Source of the DNA: an uncultured Fibrobacterales bacterium
Lineage (GTDB): Bacteria > Fibrobacterota > Fibrobacteria > Fibrobacterales > CAWVXU01
Direction: 5' to 3'
Assembly (NCBI GenBank): GCA_963934255.1
Contig: CAWVXU010000018.1
Location: 1-37,331, forward strand
DNA: 37,331 nucleotides
The translations under genes and the position numbers were made by a program. Below the pieces are notes generated by a model. It did no database searches and had not been told where the DNA came from. It saw only the letters and a program-made list of their open reading frames with translations. Shown piece by piece: positions 28,461 to 36,150 of this stretch; position 1 is the first letter of the stretch; each line of letters opens with the position of its first letter.

Positions 28461-29330
28461 TTAGTTAACGCGAGTGATGATGAAATCAGCAATAGCTTCT
28501 AAGATAGAAGTGTCGCGATTAAGTTTCTTAAGATCGTCCAATGAGGCTTTGACTAAATCACGTGCCTGTTTTTTGGATTCTTCTAGTCCGAGAACCGATG
28601 GGTAGGTGGCTTTGCCACGTTCTACATCAGAGCCGACATCTTTACCAAGCTCTTCGGTGGTTGATTCAATATCCAAAACATCGTCAATGATTTGAAAAGC
28701 AAGGCCAATGTTGCGTCCATAATTCAAGAAAATTTCTTGTTCAGCAAGAGAAGCGCCTGCTATCTGAGCACCTACAAGTAGTGATGATTCAATGAGTGCT
28801 GCTGTCTTATGATAGTGGATATACTTGACTGTATCAAGATCAACGTCTTTGCCTTCAGACTCAATATCGATTATCTGTCCACCAATCATACCGTGAGTAC
28901 CGAGCGACTTTGCCATGGTAGTAATCGTCTCGATACGCCCAGTCTTAGCCAGTAGTTCAAATGCTAAAATGCATAGTGCATCACCAGCAAGCACAGCGGT
29001 AGCTTCATCGTATTGTTTATGAGCAGTGGGGTTACCACGGCGAAAATCGTCATCATCCATACAAGGAAGATCATCATGTATAAGTGAGAAAGTGTGGAAC
29101 ATCTCGAGAGCGGACGTTGCATAAAAAATCTTATCACCTTGGCCTTCAAAAGTCTCCCAAGCAGCATAAGCTAAACATGGACGAAGACGCTTGCCACCAG
29201 CGAACATAGAGTAGCGCATTGCCTCATGTAAACGACGTGGAACTTCTTGATCTAAGGGCAGATGATCTTGCATCTTATCGATACAAAGTTGACCAACACG
29301 GGTCAAATATTCTTTTGCAATTTCGCTCAT
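28461..29330 (-). CDS. ispA: Polyprenyl (farnesyl/geranylgeranyl) diphosphate synthase
   Basis: GGKRLRP, HDDLPCMDDDDFRRG, KTAAL, FQIIDDVLD, GKDVGSD; GGAG RBS supports start 29330. Confidence 0.95.
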   Translation of the reverse strand: MSEIAKEYLTRVGQLCIDKMQDHLPLDQEVPRRLHEAMRYSMFAGGKRLRPCLAYAAWETFEGQGDKIFYATSALEMFHTFSLIHDDLPCMDDDDFRRGNPTAHKQYDEATAVLAGDALCILAFELLAKTGRIETITTMAKSLGTHGMIGGQIIDIESEGKDVDLDTVKYIHYHKTAALIESSLLVGAQIAGASLAEQEIFLNYGRNIGLAFQIIDDVLDIESTTEELGKDVGSDVERGKATYPSVLGLEESKKQARDLVKASLDDLKKLNRDTSILEAIADFIITRVN

Positions 29331-29394
29331 AGGCTTCTCCTGAAACATAATCAGATAAAAGGTAAAAAAATGAGCTTTAGATAGTTTAGAGATT

Positions 29395-29568
29395 AAAAAA
29401 GTATTTGCCACCGCTTAGGTGTTCGAATCTTCGAACTCCGAGTATTAAATGATAGTGTTCCCTTATCAGCAGACCCTTCCCATCGAGTGGGCATGAGTGT
29501 ATTGGCAAGAAGAGGTCACTTGATAGTATAATTAACAAGTCGAGATTGGTACACGCAGTGGCAAACAC
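29395..29568 (-). ncRNA. ssrS: 6S RNA
   Basis: About 170-nt rod: 14-bp closing stem GUGUUUGCCACUGC/GCGGUGGCAAAUAC (G-U pairs favour the minus strand), AU-rich central bubble, terminal hairpin CCCA/UGGG, U6 tail; directly downstream of the zapA-like gene. Confidence 0.85.
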
Positions 29569-29573
29569 TAGTT

Positions 29574-30641
29574 TTAATCTAAATCAATATCGTCCAATGA
29601 ACTACAAATTTTTTCAAATCGCTCTAGAATCTCAGTTTCTCGTGAATTAAGTTGCATCATTTCGTTGGAGTTCACATCAATCTGTGCATGTAATTCTGAC
29701 ACTTCTAGGTTTTTAGCTTCAATTTTGAGACCGAGTTCACTTATTTGAGCACAACTTGAGTCAAATTCTTCAGCTTTAACACTTAGCTCATTGGATTTAT
29801 CACTAAGTTCTTGTGCTTTCACTTGAATTTCATGATTTTTCAATTCAATCTCAATATCCTTCTCTGTAAGCTCAGTCTCTTTTTGCTGAAGCATCATTCG
29901 AGACTCATTTAGTTCTACTTGATACTCTTCATTTATTCCCTGACTTGCATCTAGGTCTTGATGAGTTTGGTTTAATTTTGCATCAAGGTCAGCAATCTTC
30001 AATTCCAAGTCATTTATTTCAGCTAATTTCTGGTCAATATTACCGGATTTTGACTCTAATTCGTGGCTTTTAGAAGCAATTTCATTAAAACGAGCATCCA
30101 AATCTGCATTTAAATCCGAAACTTCAGTGTTCTTCAACTCAATTTCTTCGTTTTTGGCTTCGAGTTGCTCTTCAAGAGAAGAGATTCTGCCTAATAAACC
30201 TTTGGAATCTTCTTTTTGGATATTTAACTCTTGAGTACTCTGTGTCTCAACCAGTTTGATTCTGTCTTCTAATTGAAAAATTAACTCTTCACTCTTTTCT
30301 AGTGAATCCCTTAATTCTTGAGCCTCTTCAGAATGAATGGTAAGTTCTGAATTCTTCACATCAAGTCTGTTTTTAAGTTTAGTGACTTGATTATCTAGAT
30401 CTCTTAAGAGGGTCCTTTGGTCAGCGTCTTGGTTTTGAGTGTCCAACAAATCAGACGTAAGCCCTAGCATCACCATCAATAGCTGGCGTCTGGCGTTGGC
30501 AGAAGTTAAATCTACGCGATTTTCACATTCTTTATTTAAAAATTCTGAAATCTCCCCTAATTTTTCTAAGGTGAGGTCCGTCCTCAAATTAAGAATTTCA
30601 CCGATAATCTCTATTTTTTGAGATTGCAATTCTGCAGCCAT
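29574..30641 (-). CDS. zapA: ZapA-like cell division protein with long coiled-coil extension
   Basis: N-terminal KIEIIGEILNLRT...ISEFLNKE...LLMVMLGLTSDLL pattern; position between a zapB-like gene and 6S RNA; about 270 aa of heptads. Confidence 0.72.
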   Translation of the reverse strand: MAAELQSQKIEIIGEILNLRTDLTLEKLGEISEFLNKECENRVDLTSANARRQLLMVMLGLTSDLLDTQNQDADQRTLLRDLDNQVTKLKNRLDVKNSELTIHSEEAQELRDSLEKSEELIFQLEDRIKLVETQSTQELNIQKEDSKGLLGRISSLEEQLEAKNEEIELKNTEVSDLNADLDARFNEIASKSHELESKSGNIDQKLAEINDLELKIADLDAKLNQTHQDLDASQGINEEYQVELNESRMMLQQKETELTEKDIEIELKNHEIQVKAQELSDKSNELSVKAEEFDSSCAQISELGLKIEAKNLEVSELHAQIDVNSNEMMQLNSRETEILERFEKICSSLDDIDLD

Positions 30642-30656
30642 AATTATTTCAAAACC

Positions 30657-31730
30657 CTAATTTTGTGTATCGTCTTGTAAGTCACCCGTCCAAACTACAC
30701 CATCTTCTTCAACATCCTCAGAACTTGCATGTGCTTCTTGCACAGAAGGCGCGACCTCTTCGTCCCAATCATCAGTCCAATCTTCCACTTCAACTACTTC
30801 CACTTCTTGATTTGGTTCTGAGATTTCTAACATTGCACCTTCTTCGTATGAGCTATCATCATGCAGCTCAATTTTTTCATAAACTTCTGGTTGAAATTGA
30901 GTTGATTCAGCAGGGCCGTCAGGAATAAACTCAGTTGATTCTTCTGAGACCATTGACTCCTCGGAGTTTTCAGATAAAAGGTCTTCTGCAGCAAGCTCTG
31001 CGTTGGGTTCATCAGTGAAAATCCCAGGAACTGTATCTTCTATTTGAAGTGAGGCAAATAAATTTGGCTCTACAGAGTCGAAAAGAGCAGTTTCAATATT
31101 TGAATTTTCAGACGCAGGTCGTGTTTCTTCGAAATCAATGCTTTCTGCCTGGATATTTTCATTTGAAGAAATTTCCTCGACTTCAAATACTGGCTCCTGA
31201 ATATCATCTTGAATATGAGGGGCGTTTTCATTAAAATAAATCTCTTCAATTTCAGAATCAGTGTTAGATTCTGGATTATTCGAAGCTTCTGTGTTAGTCG
31301 CAGCGCTTGATTCATCTACAAAATCAAGTTGCCCCAATGAAGCTAGCATAACACTTAGTCGCTCTTGAGCTTGAGAAATCAAATTATCTTTCTCAGTATC
31401 TTGTTCGGACTTAGACTCAATGATGAGAGTCTTTTCACTTAGCTCGTTTTCTAGATTGGTCATTCGCAACTCAAGTGCTTCAATCTTTTCTTCATGCTCT
31501 AAAACCAAATATTCAGCAGCCTCTAGAGATTCATTTAAAGTTAAGTTATCCTGAGCTAGGGTTTGTTTTTCTTGAGCTAGGATTTGTTTTTCTTGAATCA
31601 AGGCATCATTCGACTTCTGTGAGTCGTCCAACAATCGAGCGAGATTGACCTTCTCAGCTTTTAGGTTTTCGATGATATAAAGTGCGCGGGCGACTTTTTG
31701 TGACAATGCATCTAAATCGTGTAAATTCAT
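30657..31730 (-). CDS. ZapB-like coiled-coil protein with long acidic disordered tail
   Basis: N-terminal LDALSQKVARALYIIENLKAEK; coiled coil closes with QERLSVMLASL; Glu/Asp-rich tail; position between pheT and zapA. Confidence 0.65.
   Translation of the reverse strand: MNLHDLDALSQKVARALYIIENLKAEKVNLARLLDDSQKSNDALIQEKQILAQEKQTLAQDNLTLNESLEAAEYLVLEHEEKIEALELRMTNLENELSEKTLIIESKSEQDTEKDNLISQAQERLSVMLASLGQLDFVDESSAATNTEASNNPESNTDSEIEEIYFNENAPHIQDDIQEPVFEVEEISSNENIQAESIDFEETRPASENSNIETALFDSVEPNLFASLQIEDTVPGIFTDEPNAELAAEDLLSENSEESMVSEESTEFIPDGPAESTQFQPEVYEKIELHDDSSYEEGAMLEISEPNQEVEVVEVEDWTDDWDEEVAPSVQEAHASSEDVEEDGVVWTGDLQDDTQN
31552..31596. repeat. 21-nt tandem duplication (one heptad)
   Basis: TGAGCTAGGGTTTGTTTTTCT / TGAGCTAGGATTTGTTTTTCT encodes QEKQILA-QEKQTLA. 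Confidence 0.9.
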
Positions 31731-31844
31731 AGTTTCCTCAGAGAAAAAGAAGGTAGGTCGTAAGAATAAAATGTTTCAGAAATACTGACAACATTTTACT
31801 TGATTATGTTTGAATAGCCTAACGAATAAATAGAGCTTTTGGGG

Positions 31845-34277
31845 TTATCTAAAAATCAATTCAGGATCTTCTGCTAGTTGAGCTGAAAGTTTGCCTTGAG
31901 CTTTATTCACGGCCTCATCAGTCAGTGTCGCCTTAGCACTCTGGTAGATACATGAGAAAAGTAAAGATTTTTGATGATCTGGGACGCCAGGACCTTGGTA
32001 TAAAGACCTAAATTCAACCCTTTGAAGATTCTTAGCGCCAATTTTTACAATCTTATCATAAACTTTTTCAGCATCTAGCCCCTGATTTACTTGCAATGAT
32101 ACTTCGCGACTCATTTCACCAAATTTGGAAAACTCTTTAAAGACCTTTTGCTTCAAGGCTTTTTTGACCAGCCAATCGAAATCAAGCTCAAAGAAAACGC
32201 TATTCATACGAATCTCATATGAACCAAGAAGCTCTGGATGAATCTCACCTACGAAACCAATTTCTCTCTCAAAATTCATGATACTGAGTTGACGCATAGG
32301 ATGCAAAAATGAATGGTTTTCTGACCGCTTCAGCTCAAGCTTAATGTTGAGAGTTTTAAATAAACCTTCGAGGATTTTTTTAAGATCTAAGATGGATGCC
32401 TGAGCATCAGATTCATCAGTAGAAAGCCTTGGCCACAAACCTGCAATTACCCCTGATAGAATTGCTTTTTGATTCACACCTGGGTCAAATTTAGAACGGT
32501 TTTCAGGTTCGTTGAAAAAGGCTTGTCCTACTTCAAACAATCGAACTTCTTTTTCTTGGTTTCTTGAGTTCAACGATACTGACTTTAACAGACGCGGAAG
32601 TTGAGAGGTCGGCATCACACCCCAATCTTCAGAAATAGGGTTTTGTAAAGGAAGAACCTTCTCGCGACGATCATCACCTTCAGCAAAAACTTTGGTAAAA
32701 TCATCCGCACGATCAAATCTAAGGCTAAGCGTCTCATTAAGGCCTGAATGAGTTAAGAACTGCCGCGTTTGACGAGACACTTCTTCAAATTTATTGAGTG
32801 GATTAGAAGCCAAAGTAAAGCTTGGATACTCAACTGGGATATTATCATATCCCACCATACGAGCAACTTCTTCAATCAGGTCGACTTCGCGAGTCAAATC
32901 AGGTCGCCAACCCGGGATACTAAATTTCAAAGCGTCTTCAGAGGAGTCTATTAGTTCAATTCCAATTGCACTGATTTTGGTCGCAATTTCATCTTGAGAA
33001 AGTTCCATTCCAAGAAGTCTCTTAACTCGGCTAGGACGAAGCACTACTTCAATTTTAGCATTCACACGATTGTCACTTGCAGCTTCAATACGACCTTCAG
33101 CCACTTGACCACCACAAATATCCGAGATGAGGCTCGCTGAGTAGTCACTCATTTTCTCTTGCATCAAAGGATCAATCCCGCGCTCAAAACGATAAGATGA
33201 ATCAGAGGTTAAACCCAAACGACGCGATTGTTTACGAACAGTGGAGGTATGGAAATAAGCACACTCTAAAAGAATATCTGTAGTGGAATCATCCACTTCA
33301 GTTGAAATTCCACCCATAACACCTGCAAGGCAAACCGCTTTGTCACCATCACAAATGACCATGTCAGATTCAATCAATTCACGTTCAACACCATCAAGCG
33401 TAATTAACTTTTCACTCTGACGAGCCTGGCGGATTTTCACCTGATTGGTTTTAAATTTATTGAGGTCAAATGCATGAAGTGGCTGACCATATTCAAGTAA
33501 AACAAAATTGGTAATATCAACGACGTTATTAATGGGACGCGTCCCCACAGCATTCAGGTAAGACTTTAACCAAAGCGGAGATTCACCAATTTTGACACCA
33601 CGAATGATACGCGCAGTGTAAAAAGGACAATGGGTATCTGAGACGATTTCAACTTGAAATCCACCTCGGTCAAGCGCTACTTCTTGCAAATTAAACTCAG
33701 GCTCATCAAAAGCAATTTTGAAATAAGCAGATAACTCTCGAGCAACACCGATATGATTCAAAGCATCAGGACGATTAGGCGTCACGTCAATTTCAATCAC
33801 TGTATCATAAAGCCCAAGCTCCGCAACAGGAGTGCCAGCTTCAAACTGATCGTCTAATACCATGATTCCATCATGAGAATTTCCTAAGCCAATTTCGTCT
33901 TCGGCACATATCATACCAAAAGACTCAACACCCCGAATTTTAGCCTTTTTGAGTTTGAGCTCGCCACCTTCAGGTAGTGGGAGCTTGGCTCCTACAGGTG
34001 CAAATACAACTGTTTGGCCGGCAGCTATATTAGGGGCTCCGCAAACTACTTGTAAAGTTTGATTTCCGTCATCAAGCGTTGTAATGGATAATTTATCTGC
34101 ATCTGGATGTGGATCACGGGTGAGAACTTTACCAACCACTAATTTGGCGTATGCTGCAGCTTGATCGTGAATACCTTCTACTTCAAACCCTAGTTGAGTT
34201 AAAGCCTCGTCTAATTCGACTTGAGTGGCATTAAGTTTTGGTATATAGCGTTTTAACCATTTGAGGCTGAGTTGCAT
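31845..34277 (-). CDS. pheT: Phenylalanine--tRNA ligase beta subunit
   Basis: HPDADKL, VCGAPN, TPNRPD, INNVVDITN, SSYRFERG, RPDLTREVDLIEEVAR, C-terminal FDX-ACB domain. Confidence 0.98.
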   Translation of the reverse strand: MQLSLKWLKRYIPKLNATQVELDEALTQLGFEVEGIHDQAAAYAKLVVGKVLTRDPHPDADKLSITTLDDGNQTLQVVCGAPNIAAGQTVVFAPVGAKLPLPEGGELKLKKAKIRGVESFGMICAEDEIGLGNSHDGIMVLDDQFEAGTPVAELGLYDTVIEIDVTPNRPDALNHIGVARELSAYFKIAFDEPEFNLQEVALDRGGFQVEIVSDTHCPFYTARIIRGVKIGESPLWLKSYLNAVGTRPINNVVDITNFVLLEYGQPLHAFDLNKFKTNQVKIRQARQSEKLITLDGVERELIESDMVICDGDKAVCLAGVMGGISTEVDDSTTDILLECAYFHTSTVRKQSRRLGLTSDSSYRFERGIDPLMQEKMSDYSASLISDICGGQVAEGRIEAASDNRVNAKIEVVLRPSRVKRLLGMELSQDEIATKISAIGIELIDSSEDALKFSIPGWRPDLTREVDLIEEVARMVGYDNIPVEYPSFTLASNPLNKFEEVSRQTRQFLTHSGLNETLSLRFDRADDFTKVFAEGDDRREKVLPLQNPISEDWGVMPTSQLPRLLKSVSLNSRNQEKEVRLFEVGQAFFNEPENRSKFDPGVNQKAILSGVIAGLWPRLSTDESDAQASILDLKKILEGLFKTLNIKLELKRSENHSFLHPMRQLSIMNFEREIGFVGEIHPELLGSYEIRMNSVFFELDFDWLVKKALKQKVFKEFSKFGEMSREVSLQVNQGLDAEKVYDKIVKIGAKNLQRVEFRSLYQGPGVPDHQKSLLFSCIYQSAKATLTDEAVNKAQGKLSAQLAEDPELIFR

Positions 34278-34350
34278 AGATAAGTCCTAAGCTGGAAAGT
34301 CCATTTTATTCAAATTTAGCAAATGGAATCGGACTTATTCACCTATATGT

Positions 34351-34458
34351 TTATTCTGATAAAAAAAGCGCTAGGATCATGATCACTGAGCAAAAAGCAA
34401 TTTTAAGCTCAAGAGGGTCTTTAATCTGAGACTCTAGTTTTTTATTTGATTGTTTCAT
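34351..34458 (-). CDS. Small ORF (35 aa) upstream of pheT, not in the ORF track
   Basis: GGAGG RBS; MKQSNKKLESQIKDPLELKIAFCSVIMILALFLSE; hydrophobic C-terminal half. Confidence 0.55.
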   Translation of the reverse strand: MKQSNKKLESQIKDPLELKIAFCSVIMILALFLSE

Positions 34459-34524
34459 ATTTTCCTCCAGTGTTGGTGGCCTATTTATATGATAGAAGAT
34501 TCAACTCACGAAATCTATGACAAG

Positions 34525-34550
34525 CCTCACATTGCGCTCCCAATGTGAGG
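34525..34550. repeat. Perfect 10-bp inverted repeat
   Basis: CCTCACATTG-CGCTCC-CAATGTGAGG; no U tract. Confidence 0.7.
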
Positions 34551-34659
34551 AGCAACACCGTGGATTATGCTTGTATATCACACTTTTGTTCCAAACAAGC
34601 CTTTACTACTTGGGAGAAATGACCACAACTAGAGAACTACTAGAAATTGAGCGTCGGCT

Positions 34660-34701
34660 AAAACCCAAACAGCCTTCCCAGTTGATACTAAGAAAGCTGT
34701 T
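34660..34701 (-). terminator. Probable terminator of the lipoprotein gene
   Basis: Minus strand AACAGCUUUCUUAGU-AUCA-ACUGGGAAGGCUGUU (15 bp, 3 G-U pairs) followed by UGGGUUUU. Confidence 0.6.
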
Positions 34702-34783
34702 CTTTGGAGTTAGAGTAATTCCTTGGGGTAAATTATTACGTAAAACCTCTAACTAAATATGAATTTTAATCTGATTCAGATAT

Positions 34784-35758
34784 TTATTCGGTACATGCTC
34801 CATCGAATCCTACACAATAGATATTGAGCTCACTTGGACCTTTCATGTATTCAGGAAAAGCGCTACCTTCCATCATAGCTGCAGCTTCTTTAAAGAAGGA
34901 TAATCTCCAAACATCAGCCGGTTTAAAAGTATTACTTGCCCAATCAGCTACTGTAAAATCAGACCAATCAAATTCAAGTAATTGCTCTTGACCGGTCCCC
35001 GTCACAACAAATGAAGCCGGAGAACTTTCACCATCATCAGCATAGCCTACTTCTCTGGCTTTAATTGTCAATGCTTCACCTAGAGGGAATTTGAATCTAA
35101 TTTGTAGCTTTTCATTTCCACTAAAGTTTTGAGCAATGGTATCGCTAAGACCACCTTCGAATTGTAATACAAACCCGGCTGAAGCCCAACCCCAGCCTTC
35201 GGGGTTCACATATTCATTCATATCTAATTGAGCAGTCAGAGCACCTTCAGTATTATAAGCATCACCGTTGGCCACATTCCAGCCCACATAGCAATCACTC
35301 ATGCCATCCTCATCTGCATCTCCAGTATTGTTTTGGGCGACACCACACTCACTGATACTTAATCCTTGAGCCATTGAATAGCCATTGAGATCTAGAATTT
35401 GAGAGGTTCCAGCATTGATATGATCATCATCTGCAAACCACAAACCTTTAGCATCAAAAGTACTTCCATTTTGAGAAGTCATATCATCTACTAGGGTTCC
35501 GACTCCGCCTGTGACATCTGTGATATCATTGCCACGGTCTACTTGAGTGGTGTCAAGTTGATTGGCATCAACTGGAGATGTGTCGCCATCTCTGTTAGAA
35601 CTTGAACTAATATCAGTCGCCGAAGGGTTAGTATCATCTAAAGGTGCAGCAGATGTGGGTGCGTCAGCCTCACTACAAGCCATAAAAGCCAATGCAACAA
35701 CTGCTAACATTGAAAGTTTTAGTCTATTCTTAAATTGATTCTTGATTTTTTTTGTCAT
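34784..35758 (-). CDS. Lipoprotein with CBM11/CIA30-like carbohydrate-binding domain
   Basis: AGGAG RBS; lipobox FMAC (Cys28); Ser/Thr/Asp linker; LVDD..W, WASAGF, DWSDFTVADWA, FKPADVWRLSF, ELNIYCVGF; DADEDG Ca-binding-like loop. Confidence 0.72.
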   Translation of the reverse strand: MTKKIKNQFKNRLKLSMLAVVALAFMACSEADAPTSAAPLDDTNPSATDISSSSNRDGDTSPVDANQLDTTQVDRGNDITDVTGGVGTLVDDMTSQNGSTFDAKGLWFADDDHINAGTSQILDLNGYSMAQGLSISECGVAQNNTGDADEDGMSDCYVGWNVANGDAYNTEGALTAQLDMNEYVNPEGWGWASAGFVLQFEGGLSDTIAQNFSGNEKLQIRFKFPLGEALTIKAREVGYADDGESSPASFVVTGTGQEQLLEFDWSDFTVADWASNTFKPADVWRLSFFKEAAAMMEGSAFPEYMKGPSELNIYCVGFDGACTE

Positions 35759-35782
35759 TCGATTCTCCTAGGTTACCCTTTT

Positions 35783-35812
35783 AACATACCTGAGGCGGGG
35801 GGGTAAAAGCAA
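35783..35812 (-). promoter_or_regulatory. Candidate sigma70-type promoter of the lipoprotein gene with a C7 tract in the spacer
   Basis: Minus strand TTGCTT-N18-TATGTT; the spacer contains CCCCCCC (35797-35803). Confidence 0.45.
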
Positions 35813-35850
35813 GTATTTGGATTCAACAAGCTCAATAAACGGACACTAAC

Positions 35851-35881
35851 TGGACTCAAAATGGACTCAAAATGGACTCAA
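35851..35881 (+). repeat. 11-bp tandem repeat, about 2.8 copies
   Basis: TGGACTCAAAA TGGACTCAAAA TGGACTCAA, overlapping ATG 35872. Confidence 0.9.
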
Positions 35882-36150
35882 TCATTTTTGTATTAAAAAG
35901 GTCATATTTAGAGGATAGCATACTTGATTTATTTAACGGTATATTCTCCCTTTGCACAACCTTTACCTATGTACTCATCTCCATTGGTTTACTAAAATGG
36001 ACTAAAAGCATCAATCTCATGAGTATTATTTCATTCCTCGTTTTTGTAGGGTTAAACGATATAGCTCTTGGTGTATTTGGTGAAACCATAAATACCCTCA
36101 TATTTAATTTCGTCCTTTTGAGCAGCATTTTATGGTTTAGAAGTAATTAA
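35872..36150 (+). CDS. Membrane fragment, probably the N-terminus of the downstream histidine kinase
   Basis: 92 aa with about 3 hydrophobic segments; overlaps the open kinase frame at 36122-36150. Confidence 0.6.
   Translation: MDSIIFVLKRSYLEDSILDLFNGIFSLCTTFTYVLISIGLLKWTKSINLMSIISFLVFVGLNDIALGVFGETINTLIFNFVLLSSILWFRSN

Noticed and set aside
29386..29568. 60-aa minus-strand ORF and the extended ispA N-terminus (29411)
   Set aside because: They overlap the 6S RNA structure; ispA has a better RBS at 29330
34655..34701. ACTGGGAAGGC on the minus strand, resembling a cobalamin riboswitch
   Set aside because: No GCCACTG, no upstream GGGAA..GGTG..AATCC core and no AGYCAGRAGACC B12 box; the motif is the 3' arm of a simple terminator-like hairpin
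34517..34756. 79-aa plus-strand ORF
   Set aside because: No RBS, no recognisable motif, and it runs across hairpins whose G-U pairs favour the minus strand
35851..35881. Short repeats as a CRISPR array
   Set aside because: 11-bp units with no spacers, and no cas genes in the window
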